A DNA stretch of 64,000 bases from the NCBI RefSeq assembly GCF_009914755.1, contig NC_060929.1. One strand, written 5' to 3'. Positions 57,941 to 64,000 of the stretch are shown one piece after another. The notes under the pieces are model-generated. The model did not search any database and was not told the origin of the DNA. It was given only the letters and a program-made list of their open reading frames with translations. Numbering within the stretch: the stretch's first letter is position 1; each line of letters begins with the position of its first letter. This DNA comes from the human T2T-CHM13v2.0 reference genome, Homo sapiens. The position numbers and the translations under genes were made by a program.

Positions 57941-59424
57941 TTAGTCTTATAGTTTCTCATCCTATTTTTTAGTATATTTTCATATGTATTAAAAGAGATT
58001 TGCAAAGTGAGTCAAATCCATTTTTATTTTTTAGGACGTTTTTCAGAATTAAATATGTATTCTTAATGAATTTTTTAAACATACACATACATATAACTAG
58101 ATACTGTATTAATAATTTAAAGGGAAGAGTAATTATAAGAGAAGTTTATTTGGATTCCATTAAAATCATGTGTGTGAGATGTGCTATATCCCACCAACTC
58201 TTCATACAAGAATGCTATGGAATAAAGTAGTAGGGAAAGCCTACCTGTGGTCCAGTGAGATTTCTACTGGATTTCTCACAATCTTAGAATAGTGCTAGCA
58301 TTCTTGCAAATTTTGAGAGTGGCCAGGTTTATCAAGGATGGTCCTCGCTGCCACCAGAAGCAGGTCCAGTTGATATTCCAGTTGCTGTCACTCACAGCTA
58401 CAGAACTTGTACCATGCTTTCTTTAATTCCAGACAGCATTCTTTCTCCTTGGTCAGGCAGTTTTGCCTGTGTTGGGTCAGTGAACCAGTGAACCATGGGT
58501 CACATGGTTCTGATGAGGGCAGATGAGCTTTCTAGTCCCTTGGTTCTGCATGTCAACCCTCCTCTTTTCATATCCATGGTTAGCATTGACTCCTAGTTAC
58601 TGGGATCAGGAAGCAGAGAAGTTTATTAAATTGCTGATGCTACAAAACGTATGGGAATCTGGCAATTTTAGATACCCAATAACTAGCCCATTAGGCTAGT
58701 CATCCTAGAGTACAGAGTTCCATAAAGACGGTATTAGGCACCAGACTTTGTCTTTTGTTTTTGACTCCTAATCGGAGAAGGCTAAAACTTTGCTGCTGGA
58801 TGCAGTATACAATAAACTGGTTAATGACTTAAGCTACTCAGCTTTATTAAGAATCTACTAGGTGCTTTACCTTTTCTGGAAGTCTGACATAAAATGGTTA
58901 AGAACAATACACACCATTGTGAAAACAGCACTGATGTCTGCTAAATATTTAATTTATGACTGAGATATTCTGGATAAAATCCGTTCCCTTCATGATGAAA
59001 GCCCATCTGTGCCCTCAGGAGCATTTTCTAGTAAAAACACTTTCTCATTCTTAAGTGCCTGCAGCCTGCCCATCCCCCTCTTTCGTCTTCCCTGCCAGAG
59101 GTTTTAGGAGAAGAGGACCACTTCTACACCCTTGATAAAAACAATTCTGAGAATTAGTTAACTGAGACAGGTTGTAATTTCCTACCATGGCTAAGTTGCT
59201 AAGTAAATATTGCAAAGCAAACAGAAAAGATAGAAGCATTCATTTCTCTTCCAACAAAGAAAAACAAAAAGGTAGTTTCTTGGATATGAGAAACAAAGGG
59301 AAAAGGGGAAATCATCCTATGTTTGCTTTTTTAAAATAGGCTTTGAGTCTCATATGCCTTTTTTTATTATTTTGTTCCAGTTTTATTTTGGTTTTGCTTC
59401 AGGTAAAAAAAAAATTGGAGGCCT

Positions 59425-59845
59425 GATATTACGCTAAGTGAAATATTACATAATCTCACTTTTGTGTGGAATACTTCTTTAAAAGGTCAAATATAGACAG
59501 AATGGTACCAGTAGTTACCAGAATTGGGACTAGCTGGGGTGGGTGGCATGAGAAATGCGGAAATATAGGTCAAAGGATGCAAAGTGGCAAATATGTACCA
59601 TAAACAAGTCCAAAGATCTAACTACAACATGAGGGCTATAGTTAATAATAGTATATCATATTCAGCATGTTTGCTAATGTGTATATTACAGCTGCTCTTA
59701 CGGTGGGGTATGGGTAACTATTTGGGATGAGGGATTTGTTAATTTGTTCCACTATAGTAACATTTTACCATTTCTATGTATTTCATAATATCATATTGTA
59801 TACCTTAAATATATACAATAAAATTTATTTATAAAGAAAAAGAAA
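59425..59845 (+). mobile_element. L1MA9/L1MB-like 3' end
   Basis: ggtcaaaggatgcaaagt...tacaacatgagggctatagttaataata...ccttaaatatatacaataaa. Confidence 0.8.
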
Positions 59846-60239
59846 AGTTACAGAGCACACTAAGTCCCTGTTTTTCCCTGATAGCTCTTGAGGGAAGAGA
59901 TGGAGGTTTGCATTGAAGTGGGAAGGAAGCCAGGATGACTTGATCCTAATGCAAAGTTAGAGTGAAAAACTCACCCAGGCTTCACACAAAACCAGCACAG
60001 AGAAGTAGTCAGGTTTCTCTCCAAATGAAAGTAAAATGTAAAAGAGCTCCCACATGTTATTGAGCTCATACATGTGCTATGAAAGATACAGAGAAGTAAG
60101 AAATCTGAACCTACCTTCAAGTCATTTAAACTCTACTGTGGTACATACATAAGTCATTCCCTACAGGAAAGCTAGGTAATGGCAAAGGTGGAACACACAA
60201 AGTATGCAATGAGTGGTTCTTAAAGCAAGTAGCATGGGA

Positions 60240-61072
60240 TGATTTTCCTCTCTCATGTCCTTGGCTCCAAGCATCATCATCAAGATGAGCTTTCCTATAT
60301 TGGTATACCCGTTTTTGACCTCTCCATTGAACTCCTTATCTATGTGTTCAACTTCTTGATTGACATCTCCACTTGGGTATCAACAGGATTCTCAAATGTT
60401 TTCCCTAGATTTACTTCTCCACTAGTCTTCTCCATCTCAGCAATGATTCTTCCCCTGACTCAGCTTCTCAAGTGAAAAGCCTGGCAATCATCTTTAATGT
60501 CTTGGTTAACCTGACATGACACATCCAATTAATCCTTAAGTCTTACTGGCTCTACCTCCCCAGCTTAACCTGAATTCACCCATGTCCTGCCATGGCCACC
60601 ACCACCGCCATCTCTGGCCTCCACTACTGCAATGACCTTCTTCCTTCACTCCTCTCCCTCTATGGTCTGTTCTCCATAATTTAGGCAGCAGTCATTTCCC
60701 CAACCACCACAGGGCCTTTGCAGGAGTGCTTCCCAGCCAAGAATGTACTTCTCTAAGAGCCATTCTCATCCTTCTGCTACCAGCTCAGATGTTCTCTACT
60801 CCCCACCCATCCAGATCAGCTAATCGGAAGGAACAGTGGGTCACTCTCTGTTGCTCCATCCAATCTTACCTCAGAACTTTATTACAATCTGCTATGTTAT
60901 TATTTAATAATTTACACGTTGACTGCCTGTCTTCCCATTTAGGATGTGCATTCCAGAGAGCAGAGACCGAATCCTACTGGCTTGTCACTATGGATTGAGT
61001 ACCTGGAATAAAGCCTGGAATATAGTAGGCACTTAATAAATGTTGGTTAAATAAGTAACTAGATGAATGATT
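60240..61072 (+). mobile_element. L2
   Basis: tgacatctccacttgg...ctctggcctccactactgcaatgacc...tagtaggcacttaataaatgttg. Confidence 0.82.
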
Positions 61073-61529
61073 GTTCCTCTCTACACTGAAATCAACCAAC
61101 ACGTCAACATAAAAAAAAATGGAAGCACCCACAGATTTTTGTAGGAAGGCCCTCCTTGCCTTTACACATTCACGTCCAACTCACTGCTCCCTGGTCCCAG
61201 GCTCCCTCTCTCAGTATGATCCTGCTCCTGCCCTTGGATCCTGCTTAGGCCCCACCACCTCCTGCCTCTCCACTTATTCTCAAGTTCCTGGGGAACACTC
61301 CCACAGGGAAGCTCAAGAGGTATCCTGCAGCAGGTGAGCTGCTCTGGAGCCCAAAACCACCCACAGGCCTGGTGCATCACCTGGAGGGCTCCCCTGACCT
61401 CCATTCAAGGGTTTCAGACAGGGTCAGAAGATACCATCACATATTAAGAAGAAAGGAGGCTTCCTAGAGAAGCCTAATGGTAACTGGGCCTTGCAAGCTG
61501 GTGAATACAATGACCTCCCTTAACGTATA

Positions 61530-61766
61530 TTAATGTTTCTCAACCTTGTTTTCATCATCGCCCCTCCCCAGCATGGAGCCTTTTCAGTCTTTTCACCCCC
61601 TTCCCACAAAATCTGAATGGCACAGATATGCTATATATCTGTTTACATACTACAGCCTTTCAGAGAGCCACAAGCCATTATAATATCTAATATTTTTTCC
61701 ACCCCTTTCCCCCAAAAATCAATTTTCCCTTTTAGGGGTAAATATTGCCTCTGTTGAAAATGCAGG
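61530..61766. mobile_element. hAT-Charlie MITE (MER112-like)
   Basis: tgtttctcaacctt...atcgcccc...cacagatatgctatatatctgttt...gttgaaaatgca. Confidence 0.65.
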
Positions 61767-63274
61767 TCATATGTGTGTTTCTCTTGTGTGAACAGTGATG
61801 TCTTTCTGTTATCCTATGGATGGTAGGCAAATTTCCCCTTCAAGAAAAATATTTTCCAGTATTGGTTATTTGAGAATGTTTGGATCCCTTTAGGGGAAAA
61901 AAATTTGAACCCCTAAAAGAGGGCATCCAGTTGGCAGAAGAAGAAACACTTCATCCCTCCCATGACTTTGCTCTTTATCTCCAGACTTTAAGGAATCCAG
62001 ATGTCTTTGAAGGGTGAGAGGTGGCCCCTGAATCACAGGGAAAGCTGGGCATTGGGAATGCCCGGCTTTCCCAGAGCAGACATTACCTAAAAATGAGAAA
62101 CTGTGTTTGGTGGGCTAGACATTATTTCATGTTATTCTGTTCGCTATCTCTATGAATTCACGAGTCAGCAAGGGTAGGAAAGAGAGGTGAGGAAGACAGA
62201 AGAGCGAGCATGCAGTGCGCCCTCCATGGGATCACTGAGGACAGCTGACTCCTTCTTCTGAGGGAAGGGCAGCATCACAAAGGGGATAGAAATGGAATTC
62301 GGCCTGTGTCTCAATTTTGTAGGTCTGGCACCTGCTTACAGCCTTGATTTTAACTGAACCAATCTAGCTGTCCTTCCTTCACTCACTCCTTTCAATAAAT
62401 ATTGAGGGTCAAGTATTTGTGAGTACTAGGAAATGCAAGGTCAGGAAGATGAACTTTGTTTCCCAAAGAGCCTGCTGCAAACAGGGAAAGCACATAGGTG
62501 ATTATATTAGGAGAACCTGTGAGTAGAAGCACAAAGTTCCCCCAGAGCATTTGCACCAGCCCTCCATATTGTCACTCACCAAGAGACAGGCAGTGTTTCT
62601 TATTTCAAGAATGAAAGCATCTTTTGGGAACTTTTTTGTACTTCCACGTTTGTACTTCCAAATTCATTGTTTTTGAGGAACATAATCAAGTAGCATAATG
62701 TCAAGCTGCTGCCTAAATTAAGATCTCTTCCTTCATTTCACTCTCACCACAAAATCAGTGATTACAATCAAATAAACAATTACCTTTGTCTGGTAAAATC
62801 TGCTTTTAATTAACCTATGTTTGTTCCTCACTGAAAATGCCTCCATGAAGAGTGCACCTAGTGAGTCCTTCTGCTCCAGTACCTTGAAGAACAGACAGGC
62901 AATAAGCAAATGGCCTAATGGCCCCATAGCTCCTCCATTCTCAAGACCATAAATCTCAAAAAAATCAGGTCTGCACATGCAGAACCAGAAACCGGAGCTT
63001 GCCATAGGCTGCTTTTGAGGACACAGAGTTGTCTGGAGAATGGGAGAAAGGGAAGACTGGCTGTGAAGGATGGAAGAGGCTCTATAAGAAGAATCAAGAC
63101 TTTAATCTGCCTGGTTATAAAGGTATTATGTCAGCTTCATAAGGTGTTATAATGACATTTTTCCTAATCTCTTGACATTTTCACATCATTAGAAACAATA
63201 AATCTCTTCCTGATGAGTCACACATTGTCCAAAAGCCATGGTCACTTTGAAGTTTCAACCAAAAGAGGAAATTT

Positions 63275-64000
<726 letters not shown>

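Overview
Primate (human-like) non-coding genomic DNA dominated by interspersed repeats: four primate-age L1 insertions (two with 5' inversions), older L1M/L2/MIR/CR1 fossils, four Alus, about 26 solo LTRs (MaLR, MLT2, ERV1) and hAT MITEs. I recognise no host protein-coding exon, RNA gene or CRISPR-like array; the longer ORFs in the track are L1 ORF1/ORF2 debris or chance ORFs. I found no convincing new biological system. The best signals are structural or regulatory: (i) several independent scars of local templated copying (a 157-bp unique segment copied 3.39 kb away into an LTR, an L1 segment copied about 1 kb upstream within itself, two fold-back insertions, and two L1PA7-like copies 25 kb apart sharing non-consensus substitutions); (ii) an ancient CR1 reverse-transcriptase fossil whose codons form a strong CTCF motif, near two other CTCF motifs; (iii) a quasi-palindromic 25-nt AT-rich minisatellite. 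Repeat subfamily names come from my recall of consensus sequences and need RepeatMasker/Dfam confirmation; boundaries without TSDs are approximate.
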